Shown piece after piece: positions 24,501-36,700 of a DNA stretch of 64,000 nucleotides (positions are counted from its first letter, which is position 1; every line of letters begins with the position of its first letter). Position numbers and translations under genes: made by a program. Under the pieces are notes generated by a model. The model had not been told where the DNA came from, searched no databases, and saw only the letters and a program-made list of their open reading frames with translations. Source of the DNA: Eledone cirrhosa (lineage: Eukaryota); the NCBI GenBank assembly GCA_964016885.1, contig OZ024757.1, forward strand, positions 10,664,001 through 10,728,000, given 5' to 3'.

Positions 24501-26390
24501 AGTGTTGATGGTGGTGGCGGTGGTGGTAGTGTTGATGGTGGTGGCGGTGGTGGTAGTGTTGATCGTGGTGGTGGTGGTGGCAGTGTTGATGGTGGTGGCG
24601 GTGGTGATGGTAGTGTTGATGGTGGTGGCGGTGGCGGTGGTAGTGTTGTTGGTGGTGGCGGTGGTGGTAGTATTGATGGTGGTGGCGGTGGTGGTAGTAT
24701 TGATGATGGTGGCGGTGGTGGTGGTAGTATTGATGGTGGTGGCGGTGGTGGTAGTGTTGATGGCGGTGGTGCTGGTAGTGTTGATGGTGGTGACTGTGGT
24801 GGTGGTAGTGTTGATGGTGGTGGCGGTGGTGGTAGTGTTGATGGTGGTGGTGGTAGTGTTGATGGTGGTGGCGGTGGTGGTAGTGTTGATGGCGGTGGCG
24901 GTGGTGGTAGTGTTGATGGTGATGGCGGTGATGTTGGTGTTGATGGTGGTGGCGGTGGTGGTGGTAGTATTGATGGTGGTGGCGGTGGTGGTAGTGTTGA
25001 TGGTGGTGGCGGTGGTGGTGGTAGTGTTGATGGTGGTGGCGGTGGTTGTGGTAGAGTTGATGGTGGTAGCGGTGGTGGTAGTGTTGATGGTGTTCGCCGT
25101 GGTGGTAGTGTTGATGGTGGTGGCGGTGGTGGTGGTAGTGTTGATGTTGATGGCGGTGGTGGTAGTGTTGATGGTGGTGGCGGAGGTGGTAGTGTTGATG
25201 GTGGTCGTGGTGGTGGTAGTGTTGATGGTGGTGGTGGTGGTGGTACTGTTGATGGTGGTGGAGGTGGTGGTGGTAGTGTTGATGGTGGTGGCGGTGGTGG
25301 TGGTAGTGTTGATGGTGGTGGTGGTAGTGTTGATGGTGGTGGCGGTGGTTGTAGTGTTGATGGCGGTGGCAGTGGTGGTAGTATTGATGGTGATGGCGGT
25401 GGTGGTAGTGTTGATGGTGGAGGTGGTGGTGGTAGTGTTGATGGTGGTGGCGGTGGTGGTGGTAGTGTTGATGGTGGTGGCGGTGGTGGTAGAGTTGATG
25501 GTGATGGCGGTGGTGGTAGTGTTGATGGTGGTGGCGGTGGTGGTAGTGTTGATCGTGGTGGCGGTGGTGGTAGTGTTGAGTGTGGTGGAGGTGTTAGTGT
25601 TAGTGTTGATGGTGGTGGCGGTGGTGGTGGTAGTGTTGATGGTGGTGGCGGTGGTGGTATTGTTGATGGTGGTGGCGGTGGTGGTAGTGTTGATGGTGGT
25701 GGCGGTGGTGGTAGTGTTGATGGTGGTGGCGGTGGTGGTGGTAGTGTTGATGGTGGTGGCGGTGGTGGTAGAGTTGATGGTGATGGCGGTGGTGGTAGTG
25801 TTGATTGTGGTGGCGGTGGTGGTAGTGTTGATGGTGGTGGCGGTGGTGGTAGTGTTGAGTGTGGTGGAGGTGTTGGTGGTAGTGTTGATGGTGGTGGCGA
25901 TGGTGGTGGTAGTGTTGATGGTGGTGGCGGTGGTGGTAGAGTTGATGGTGATGGCGGTGGTGGTAGTGTTGATGGTGGAGGTGGTGGTGGTACTGTTGAT
26001 GGTGGTGGAGGTGGTGGTGGTAGTGTTGATGGTGGTGGCGGTGGTGGTAGTGTTGAGTGTGGTGGAGGTGGTGGTGGTAGTGTTGATGGTGGTGGCGGTG
26101 GTGGTGGTAGTGTTGATGGTGGTGGCGGTGGTGGTAGTGTTGATGGTGGTGGCGGTGGTGGTAGTGTTGATGGTGGTGGCGGTGGTGGTAGTGTTGATGG
26201 TGGTGGTGGCGGTGGTGGTAGTGTTGATGGTGGTTGCGGTGGTGGTGGTAGTGTTGATGGTGGTGGCGGAGGTGGTAGAGTTGATGGTGATGGCGGTGGT
26301 GGTAGTGTTGATGGTGGTGGCGGTGGAGGTAGTGTTGATGGTGGTGGCGGTGGTGGTAGAGTTGAGTATGGTGGAGGTGTTGGTGGTAGT
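21580..26390. repeat. ~1.5 kb block repeated at 3306 bp offset (~21580-23085 and ~24886-26390)
   Basis: TTCGCCGT 21787/25093 and TTAGTGTTAGT 22288/25594, both at offset 3306, with the intervening variants in the same order. Confidence 0.85.
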
Positions 26391-27780
26391 GTTGATGGTG
26401 GTGGCGGTGGTGGTGGTAGTGTTGATGGTGGTGGCGGTGGTGGTAGAGTTGATGGTGATGGTGGTGGTGGTAGTGTTGATGGTGGTGGCGGTGGTGGTAG
26501 TGTTGATGGTGGTGGCGGTGGTGGTAGTGTTGATGGTGCTGGAGGTGTTGGTTGTAGTGTTGATGGTGGTGGCGGTGGTGGTGGTAGTGTTGATGGTGGT
26601 GGCGGTGGTGGTAGTGTTGATGGTGGTGGCGTAGGTGGTAGTGTTGATGGTGTTGGTGGTGGTGGTAGTGTTGATGGTGGTGAAGGTGGTGGTGGTAGTG
26701 TTGATGGTGGTGGCGGTGGTGGTGGTAGTGTTGATGGTGGTGGTGGTAGTGTTGATGGTGGTGGCGGTGGTGGTAGTGTTGATGGTGGAGGTGTTGGTGG
26801 TAGTGTTGATGGTGGTGGCGGTGGTGGTGGTAGTGTTGATGGTGGTGGCGGTGGTGGTAGTGTTGATGGTGGTGGCGGTGGTGGTAGTGTTGATGGTGGT
26901 GGCGGTGGTGGTAGTGTTGATGGTGGCGGTGGCGGTGGTGTTGATGGTGGCGGTGGCGGTGGTGGTAGTGTTGATGGTGGTGGCGGTGGTGGTGGTAGTG
27001 TTGATGGTGGTGGCGGTGGTGGTAGAGTTGATGGTGATGGCGGTGGTGGTAGTGTTGATGGTGGAGGTGGTGGTGGTAGTGTTGATGGTGGTGGTGGTGG
27101 TGGTGGTAGTGTTGATGGTGGTGGCGGTGGTGGTAGAGTTGATGGTGATGGCGGTGGTGGTAGTGTTGATGGTGGTGGCGGTGGTGGGAGTGTTGATGGT
27201 GGTGGCGGTGGTGGTAGTGTTGAGTGTGGTGGAGGTGTTGGTGGTAGTGTTGATGGTGGTGGCGGTGGTGGTGGTAGTGTTGATGGTGGTGGCGGTGGTG
27301 GTAGTGTTGATGGTGGTGGCGGTGGTGGTAGTGTTGATGGTGGTGGCGGTGGTGGTAGTGTTGATGGTGGTGGTGGCGGTGGTGGTAGTGTTGATGGTGG
27401 TGGCGGTGGTGGTAGTGTTGATGGTGGTGGCGGTGGTGGTAGTGTTGAGTGTGGTGGAGGTGTTGGTGGTAGTGTTGATGGTGGTGGCGGTGGTGGTGGA
27501 AGTGTTGATGGTGGTGGTGGTAGTGTTGATGGTGGTGGCGGTGGTGGTAGTGTTGATGGCGGTGGCGGTGGTGGTAGTGTTGATGGTGATGGCGGTGATG
27601 TTGGTGTTGATGGTGGTGGCGGTGGTGGTGGTAGTATTAATGGTGGTGGCGGTGGTGGTAGTGTTGATGGTGGTGGAGGTGGTGGTGGTAGTGTTGATGG
27701 TGGTGGCGGTGGTGGTGGTAGTGTTGATGGTGGTGGCGGTGGTGGTAGAGTTGATGGTGATGGCGGTGGTGGTAGTGTTG

Positions 27781-30700
27781 GGTGGTGGAGGTGGTGGTGG
27801 TAGTGTTGATGGTGGTGGCGGTGGTGGTGGTAGTGTTGATGGTGGTGGCGGTGGTGGTGGTAGTGTTGATGGTGGTGGCGGTGGTGGTAGTGTTGATGGT
27901 GGTGGCGGTGGTGGTAGTGTTGATGGTGGTGGTGGCGGTGGTGGTAGTGTTGATGGTGGTTGCGGTGGTGGTGGTAGTGTTGATGGTGGTGGCGGTGGTG
28001 GTAGAGTTGATGGTGATGGCGGTGGTGGTAGTGTTGATGGTGGTGGCGGTGGAGGTAGTGTTGATGGTGGTGGCGGTGGTGGTAGTGTTGAGTATGGTGG
28101 AGGTGTTGGTGGTAGTGTTGATGGTGGTGGCGGTGGTGGTGGTAGTGTTGATGGTATTGGCGGTGGTGGTAGAGTTGATGGTGATGGTGGTGGTGGTAGT
28201 GTTGATGGTGGTGGCGGTGGTGGTAGTGTTGATGGTGGTGGCGGTGGTGGTAGTGTTGATGGTGGTGGCGGTGGTGGTAGTGTTGAGTATGGTGGAGGTG
28301 TTGGTGGTAGTGTTGATGGTGGTGGCGGTGGTGGTGGTAGTGTTGATGGTGGTGGCGGTGGTGGTAGTGTTGATGGTGGTGGCGGTGGTGGTAGTGTTGA
28401 TGGTGGTGGCGGTGGTGGTAGTGTTGATGGTGGCGGTGGCGGTGGTGGTAGTGTTGATGGTGGTGGCGGTGGTGGTGGTAGTGTTGATGGTGGTGGCGAT
28501 GGTGGTGGTAGTGTTGATGGTGGTGGCGGTGGTGGTAGAGTTGATGGTGATGGCGGTGGTGGTAGTGTTGATTGTGGTGGCGGTGGTGGTAGTGTTGATG
28601 GTGGTGGCGGTGGTGGTGGTAGTGTTGATGGTGGTGGCGGTGGTGGTAGAGTTGATGGTGATGGTGGTGGTGGTAGTGTTGATGGTGGTGGCGGTGGTGG
28701 TAGTGTTGATGGTGGTGGCGGTGGTGGTAGTGTTGATGGTGCTGGAGGTGTTGGTGGTAGTGTTGATGGTGGTGGCGGTGGTGGTGGTAGTGTTGATGGT
28801 GGTGGCGGTGGTGGTAGTGTTGATGGTGGTGGCGGTGGTGGTAGTGTTGATGGTGGTGGCGGTGGTGGTAGTGTTGATGGTGGTGGCGGTGGTGGTAGTG
28901 TTGATGGTGGTGGTGGCGGTGGTGGTAGTGTTGATGGTGGTTGCGGTGGTGGTGGTAGTGTTGATGGTGGTGGCGGTGGCGGTGGTGGTAGAGTTGATGG
29001 TGATGGCGGTGGTGGTAGTGTTGATGGTGGTGGCGGTGGAGGTAGTGTTGATGGTGGTGGCGGTGGTGGTAGTGTTGAGTATGGTGGAGGTGTTGGTGGT
29101 AGTGTTGATGGTGGTGGCGGTGGTGGTGGTAGTGTTGATGGTGGTGGCGGTGGTGGTAGAGTTGATGGTGATGGTGGTGGCGGTGGTGGTAGTGTTGATG
29201 GTGCTGGAGGTGTTGGTGGTAGTGTTGATGGTGGTGGCGGTGGTGGTGGTAGTGTTGATGGTGGTGGCGATGGTGGTGGCGGTGGTGGTGGTAGTGTTGA
29301 TGGTGGTGGCGATGGTGGTAGGGTTGATGGTGGTGGCGGTGGTGGTAGTGTTGATCGTGGCGGTGGTGGTGGCAGTGTTGATGGTGGTGGCGGTGGTGAT
29401 GGTAGTGTTGATGGTGGTGGCGGCGGTGGTGATAGTGTTGATGGTGGTGGCGGTGGTGGCACTGTTGATGGTGGTGGCGGTGGTGGTAGTAATGATGATG
29501 GTGGCGGTGGTGGTGGTAGTATTGATGGTGGTGGCGGTGGTGGTAGTGTTGATGGTGGTGGCGGTGGTGCTGGTAGTGTTGATGGTGGTGACTGTGGTGG
29601 TGGTAGTGTTGATGGTGGTGGTGGTAGTGTTGATGGTGGTGGCGGTGGTGGTAGTATTGATGATGGTGGCGGTGGTGGTGGTAGTATTGATGGTGGTGGC
29701 GGTGGTGGTAGTGTTGATGGTGGTGGCGGTGGTGCTGGTAGTGTTGATGGTGGTGACTGTGGTGGTGGTAGTGTTGATGGTGGTGGCGGTGGTGGTAGTG
29801 TTGATGGTGGTGGCGGTGGTGGTAGTGTTGGCGGTGGTGGCGGTGGTGGTGGTAGTGTTGATGGTGGTGGCGGTGGTGGTAGAGTTGATGGTGATGGCGG
29901 TGGTGGTAGTGTTGATTGTGGTGGCGGTGGTGGTAGTGTTGATGGTGGTGGCGGTGGTGGTAGTGTTGAGTGTGGTGGAGGTGTTGGTGGTAGTGTTGAT
30001 GGTGGTGGCGATGGTGGTGGTAGTGTTGATGGTGGTGGCGGTGGTGCTGGTAGTGTTGATGGTGGTGACTGTGGTGGTGGTAGTGTTGATGGTGGTGGCG
30101 GTGGTGGTAGAGTTCATGGTTGTGGCGGTGGTGGTAGTGTTGATGGTGGTGGTGCTAGTGTTGATGATGGTGGCGGTGGTGGTAGTGTTGATGGCGGTGG
30201 CGGTGGTGGTAGTGTTGATGGTGATGGCGGTGGTGGTAGTGTTGATGGTGGTGGCGGTGGTGGTGGTAGTGTTGATGGTGGTGGCGGTGGTGGTAGAGTT
30301 GATGGTGGTGGCGGTGGTGGTGGTAGTGTTGATGGTGGTGGCGATGGTGGTAGTGTTGATGGTGGTGGCGGTGGTGGTAGTGTTGATCGTGGCGGTGGTG
30401 GTGGCAGTGTTGATGGTGGTGGCGGTGGTGATGGTAGTGTTGATGGTGGTGGCGGTGGTGGTGGTAGTGTTGATGGTGGTGGCGGTGGTGGTAGTGTTGA
30501 TGGTGGTGGCGGTGGTGCTGGTAGTGTTGATGGTGGTGACTGTGGTGGTGGTAGTGTTGATGGTGGTCGCGATGGTGGTAGTGTTGATGGTGGTGGCGGT
30601 GGTGGTAGTGTTGATCGTGGTGGTGGTGGTGGCAGTGTTGATGGTGGTGGCGGTGGTGATGGTAGTGTTGATGGTGGTGGCGGTGGTGGTGGTAGTGTTG

Positions 30701-33700
30701 ATGGTGGTGGCGGTGATGGTAGTGTTGATGGTGATGGTGGTGGTGGTAGTGTTGATGGTGGTGGCGGTGGTGGTAGTGTTGATGGTGGCGGTGGCGGTGG
30801 TGGTAGTATTGATGGTGGTGGCGGTGGTGGTGGTAGTGTTGATGGTGATGGCGGTGGTGGTAGTGTTGATGGTGGTGGCGGTGGTGGTAGTGTTGATGGT
30901 GGTAGCGGTGGTGGTAGTGTTGAGTGTGGTGGAGGTGTTGGTGGTAGTGTTGATGGTGGTGGCGGTGGTGGTGGTAGTGTTGATGGTGGTGGCGGTGTTG
31001 GTAGTGTTGATGGTGGTGGCGGTGGTGGTAGTGTTGATGGTGGTGGCGGTGGTGGTAGTGTTGATGGTGGCGGTGGCGGTGGTGGTAGTGTTGATGGTGG
31101 TGGCGGTGGTGGTAGTGTTGATGGTGGTGGCGGTGGTGGTAGTGTTGAGTGTGGTGGAGGTGTTGGTGGTAGTGTTGATGGTGGTGGCGGTGGTGGTGGT
31201 AGTGTTGATGGTGGTGGCGGTGGTGGTAGTGTTGATGGTGCTGGAGGTGTTGGTGGTAGTGTTGATGGTGGTGGCGGTGGTGGTGGTAGTGTTGATGGTG
31301 GTGGCGGTGGTGGTATTGTTGAGTGTGGTGGAGGTGTTGGTGGTAGTGTTGATGGTTCTGGCGGTGGTGGTGGTAGTTTTGATGGTGGTGGCGGTAGTGT
31401 TGATGGTGGTGGCGGTGGTGGTAGTGTTCATGGTGGTGGCGGTGGTGGTAGTGTTGATGGTGGTGGCGGTGGTGGTAGAGTTGATGGTGATGGCGGTGGT
31501 GGTAGTGTTGATGGTGGTGGCGGTGGTGGTAGTGTTGATGGTGGTGGCGGTGGTGGTAGTGTTGAGTGTGGTGGAGGTGTTGGTGGTAGTGTTGATGGTG
31601 GTGGCGGTGGTGGTGGTAGTGTTGATGGTGGTGGAGGTGGTGGTAGTGTTGATGGCGGTGGTGCTGGTAGTGTTGATGGTGGTGACTGTCGTGGTGGTAG
31701 TGTTGATGGTGGTGGCGGTGGTGGTAGTGTTGATGGTGGTGGCGGTGGTGGTAGTGTTGATGGTGGTGGTAGTGTTGATGGTGGTGGCGGTGGTGGTAGT
31801 GTTGATGGTGGTGGCGGTGGTGCTGGTAGTGTTGATGGTGGTGACTGTGGTGGTGGTAGTGTTGATGGTGGTGGCGGTGGTGGTAGTGTTCATGGTGGTG
31901 GCGGTGGTGGTAGTGTTGATGGTGGTGGTGCTAGTGTTGATGGTGGTGGCGGTGGTGGTAGTGTTGATGGCGGTAGCGGTGGTGGTAGTGTTGATGGTGA
32001 TGGTGGTGGTGGTAGTGTTGATGGTGGTGGCGGTGGTGGTAGTGTTGATGGTGATGGCGGTGGTAGTAGTGTTGATGGTGGAGGTGGTGGTGGTAGTGTT
32101 GATGGTGGTGGTGGTGGTGGTGGTAGTGTTGATGGTGGTGGCGGTGGTGGTAGAGTTGATGGTGATGGCGGTGGTGGTAGTGTTGAGTGTGGTGGAGGTG
32201 TTGGTGGTAGTGTTGATGGTGGTGGCGGTAGTGGTAGTGTTGAGTGTGGTGGAGGTGTTGGTGGTAGTGTTGATGGTGGTGGCGGTGGTGGTGGTAGTGT
32301 TGATGGTGGTGGCGGTGGTGGTAGTGTTGATGGTGGTGGCGGTGGTGGTAGTGTTGATGGTGGTGGCGGTGGTGGTAGTGTTGATGGTGGTGGTGGCGGT
32401 GGTGGTAGTGTTGATGGTGGTGGCGGTGGTGGTGGTAGTGTTGATGGTGGTGGCGGTGGTGGTAGAGATGATGGTGGTGGCGGTGGTGATGGTAGTTTTG
32501 ATGGTGGTGGCGGTGGTGGTGGTAGTGTTGTTGGTGGTGGCGGTGGTGGTAGTGTTGATGGTGGTGGCGGTGGTGGTAGTGTTGATGGTGGTGGCGGTGG
32601 TGGTGGTAGTGTTGATGGTGGTGGCGGTGGTGGTAGAGTTGATGGTGATGGTGGTGGTAGTGTTGATGGTGGTGGCGGTGGTGGTAGTGTTGATGGTGGT
32701 GGAGGTGGTGGTAGTGTTGATCGTGGTGGTGGTGGTGGCAGTGTTGATGGTGGTGGCGGTGGTGATGGTAGTGTTGATGGTGGTGGCGGTGGTGGTGGTA
32801 GTGTTGTTGGTGGTGGCGGTGGTGGTAGTATTGATGATGGTGGCGGTGGTGGTAGTGTTGATGGCGGTGGTGCTGGTAGTGTTGATGGTGGTGACTGTGG
32901 TGGTGGTAGTGTTGATGGTGGTGGCGGTGGTGGTAGTGTTGATGGTGGTGGTGGTAGTGTTGATGGTGGTGGCGGTGGTGGTAGTGCTGATGGCGGTGGC
33001 GGTGGTGGCAGTGTTGATGGTGATGGCGGTGATGTTGGTGTTGATGGTGGTGGCGGTGGTGGTGGTAGTATTGATGGTGGTGGCGGTGGTGGTAGTATTG
33101 ATGGTGGTGGCGGTGGTGGTGGTAGTGTTGATGGTGGTGGCGGTGGTGGTAGTGTTGATGGTGTTCGCCGTGGTGGTAGTGTTGATGGTGGTGGCGGTGG
33201 TGGTGGTAGTGTTGATGTTGATGGCGGTGGTGGTAGTGTTGATGGTGGTGGCGGAGGTGGTAGTGTTGATGGTGGTGGTGGTAGTGTTGATGGTGGTGGT
33301 GGTGGTGGTACTATTGATGGTGGTGGAGGTGGTGGTGGTAGTGTTGATGGTGGTGGCGGTGGTGGTGGTAGTGTTGATGGTGGTGGTTGTAGTGTTGATG
33401 GTGGTGGCGGTGGTGGTAGTGTTGATGGTGGTGGTGGTGGTGGTACTGTTGATGGTGGTGGAGGTGGTGGTGGTAGTGTTGATGGTGGTGGCGGTGGTGG
33501 TGGTAGTGTTGATGGTGGTGGCGGTGGTGGTAGTGTTGATGGTGGTGGCGGTGGTGGTAGTGTTGATGGTGGTGGCGGTGGTGGTAGTGTTGATGGTGGC
33601 GGTGGCGGTGGTGGTAGTGTTGATGGTGGTGGCGGTGGTGGTGGTAGTGTTGATGGTGGTGGCCGTGGTGGTAGAGTTGATGGTGATGGCGGTGGTGGTA

Positions 33701-36700
33701 GTGTTGATTGTGGTGGCGGTGGTGGTAGTGTTGATGGTGGTGGCGGTGGTGGTAGTGTTGATGGTGGTGGCGGTGGTGGTAGTATTGATGGTGATGGCGG
33801 TGGTGGTACTGTTGATGGTGGTGGAGGTGGTGGTGGTAGTGTTGATGGTGGTGGCGGTGGTGGTGGTAGTGTTGATGGTGGTGGCGGTGGTGGTAGAGTT
33901 GATGGTGATGGCGGTGATGGTAGTGTTGATGGTGGTGGCGGTGGTGGTAGTGTTGATCGTGGTGGCGGTGGTGGTAGTGTTGAGTGTGGTGGAGGTGTTG
34001 GTGGTAGTGTTGATGGTGGTGGCGGTGGTGGTGGTAGTGTTGATGGTGGTGGCGGTGGTGGTAGTGTTGATGGTGGTGGCGGTGGTGGTAGTGTTGATGG
34101 TGGTGGCGGTGGTGGTAGTGTTGATGGTGGTGGCGGTGGTGGTGGTAGTGTTGATGGTGGTGGCGGTGGTGGTAGAGTTGATGGTGATGGCGGTGGTGGT
34201 AGTGTTGATTGTGGTGGCGGTGGTGGTAGTGTTGATGGTGGTGGCGGTGGTCGTAGTGTTGAGTATGGTGGAGGTGTTGGTGGTAGTGTTGATGGTGGTG
34301 GCGGTGGTGGTGGTAGTGTTGATGGTGGTGGCGGTGGTGGTAGAGTTGATGGTGATGGTGGTGGTGGTAGTGTTGATGGTGGTGGCGGTGGTGGTAGTGT
34401 TGATGGTGGTGGCGGTGGTGGTAGTGTTGATGGTGCTGGAGGTGTTGGTGGTAGTGTTGATGGTGGTGGCGGTGGTGGTGGTAGTGTTGATGGTGGTGGC
34501 GGTGGTGGTAGTGTTGATGGTGGTGGCGGTGGTGGTGGTGGTGGCAGTGTTGTTGGTGGTGGCGGTGGTGGTACTGTTGATGGTGGTGGAGGTGGTGGTG
34601 GTAGTGTTGATGGTGGTGGCGGTGGTGGTGGTAGTGTTGATGGTGGTGGCGGTGGTGGTAGAGTTGATGGTGATGGCGGTGGTGGTAGTGTTGATGGTGG
34701 AGGTGGTGGTGGTAGTGTTGATGGTGGTGGCGGTGGTGGTGGTAGTGTTGATGGTGGTGGCGGTAGTGGTAGTGTTGATGGTGGTGGCGGTGGTGGTAGT
34801 GTTGATGGTGGTGGCGGTGGTGGTAGTGTTGATGGTGGTGGTGGCGGTGGTGGTAGTGTTGATGGTGGTTGCGGTGGTGGTGGTAGTGTTGATGGTGGTG
34901 GCGGTGGTGGTAGAGTTGATGGTGATGGCGGTGGTGGTAGTGTTGATGGTGGTGGCGGTGGAGGTAGTGTTGATGGTGGTGGCGGTGGTGGTAGTGTTGA
35001 GTATGGTGGAGGTGTTGGTGGTAGTGTTGATGGTGGTGGCGGTGGTGGTGGTAGTGTTGATGGTGGTGGCGGTGGTGGTAGAGTTGATGGTGATGGTGGT
35101 GGTGGTAGTGTTGATGGTGGTGGCGGTGGTGGTAGTGTTGATGGTGGTGGCGGTGGTGGTAGTGTTGATGGTGGTGGCGGTGGTGGTAGTGTTGAGTATG
35201 GTGGAGGTGTTGGTGGTAGTGTTGATGGTGGTGGCGGTGGTGGTGGTAGTGTTGATGGTGGTGGCGGTGGTGGTAGTGTTGATGGTGGTGGCGGTGGTGG
35301 TAGTGTTGATGGTGGTGGCGGTGGTGGTAGTGTTGATGGTGGCGGTGGCGGTGGTGGTAGTGTTGATGGTGGTGGCGGTGGAGGTAGTGTTGATGGTGGT
35401 GGCGGTGGTGGTAGTGTTGAGTATGGTGGAGGTGTTGGTGGTAGTGTTGATGGTGGTGGCGGTGGTGGTGGTAGTGTTGATGGTGGTGGCGGTGGTGGTA
35501 GGGTTGATGGTGATGGTGGTGGCGGTGGTGGTAGTGTTGATGGTGCTGGAGGTGTTGGTGGTAGTGTTGATGGTGGTGGCGGTGGTGGTGGTAGTGTTGA
35601 TGGTGGTGGCGATGGTGGTGGCGGTGGTGGTGGTAGTGTTGATGGTGGTGGCGATGGTGGTAGGGTTGATGGTGGTGGCGGTGGTGGTAGTGTTGATCGT
35701 GGCGGTGGTGGTGGCAGTGTTGATGGTGGTGGCGGTGGTGATGGTAGTGTTGATGGTGGTGGCGGTGGTGATGATAGTGTTGATGGTGGTGGCGGTGGTG
35801 GCACTGTTGATGGTGGTGGCAGTGGTGGTAGTAATGATGATGGTGGCGGTGGTGGTGGTAGTATTGATGGTGGTGGCGGTGGTGGTAGTGTTGATGGTGG
35901 TGGCGGTGGTGCTGGTAGTGTTGATGGTGGTGACTGTGGTGGTGGTAGTGTTGATGGTGGTGGCGGTGGTGGTAGTGTTCATGGTGGTGGCGGTGGTGGT
36001 AGTATTGATGGTGGTGGTGCTAGTGTTGATGATGGTGGCGGTGGTGGTAGTGTTGATGGCGGTGGCGGTGGTGGTAGTGTTGATGGTGATGGCGGTGGTG
36101 GTAGTGTTGATGGTGGTGGCGGTGGTGGTGGTAGTGTTGATGGTGGTGGCGGTGGTGGTAGAGTTGATGGTGATGGCGGTGGTGGTAGTGTTGATGGTGG
36201 TGGTGCTAGTGTTGATGATGGTGGCGGTGGTGGTAGTGTTGATGGCGGTGGCGGTGGTGGTAGTGTTGATGGTGATGGCAGTGGTGGTAGTGTTGATGGT
36301 GGTGGCGGTGGTGGTGGTAGTGTTGATGGTGGTGGCGGTGGTGGTAGAGTTGATGGTGATGGCGGTGGTGGTAGTGTTGATGGTGGTGGCGGTGGTGGTA
36401 GTGTTGATGGTGGTGGCGGTGGTGGTGGTAGTGTTGATGGTGGTGGCGATGGTGGTAGTGTTGATGGTGGTGGCGGTGGTGGTAGTGTTGATCGTGGCGG
36501 TGGTGGTGGCAGTGTTGATGGTGGTGGCGGTGGTGATGGGAGTGTTGATGGTGGTGGCGGTGGTGGTGGTAGTGTTGATGGTGGTGGCGGTGGTGGTAGT
36601 GTTGATGGTGGTGGCGGTGGTGGTAGTATTGATGATGATGGCGGTGGTGGTGGAAGTATTGATGGTGGTGGCGGTGGTGGTAGTGTTGATGGTGGTGGCG

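Larger units (their letters stand above)
1..27780 (-). other. Continuation of the Thr-frame repeat, broken into 8 segments by 7 phase shifts (degenerating part, non-coding satellite, or sequencing error)
   Basis: Phase shifts at ~4377 (GGAGTGG), ~6221 (GGAGTGG), 10370, 14415, 18256 (GGTAGGTGG), ~19432 (GGTGTGG) and ~27780 (GTTGGGT). They coincide with the V-to-G/W and T-to-P/H frame switches in the ORF track. Confidence 0.6.

Noticed and set aside
8546-27780. His-rich segments (HHHQHYHHR)n as metal-binding proteins
   Set aside because: They appear only as read-through after frameshifts, and this frame is stopped at recurrent GTGCTA/GTGTTA variants.
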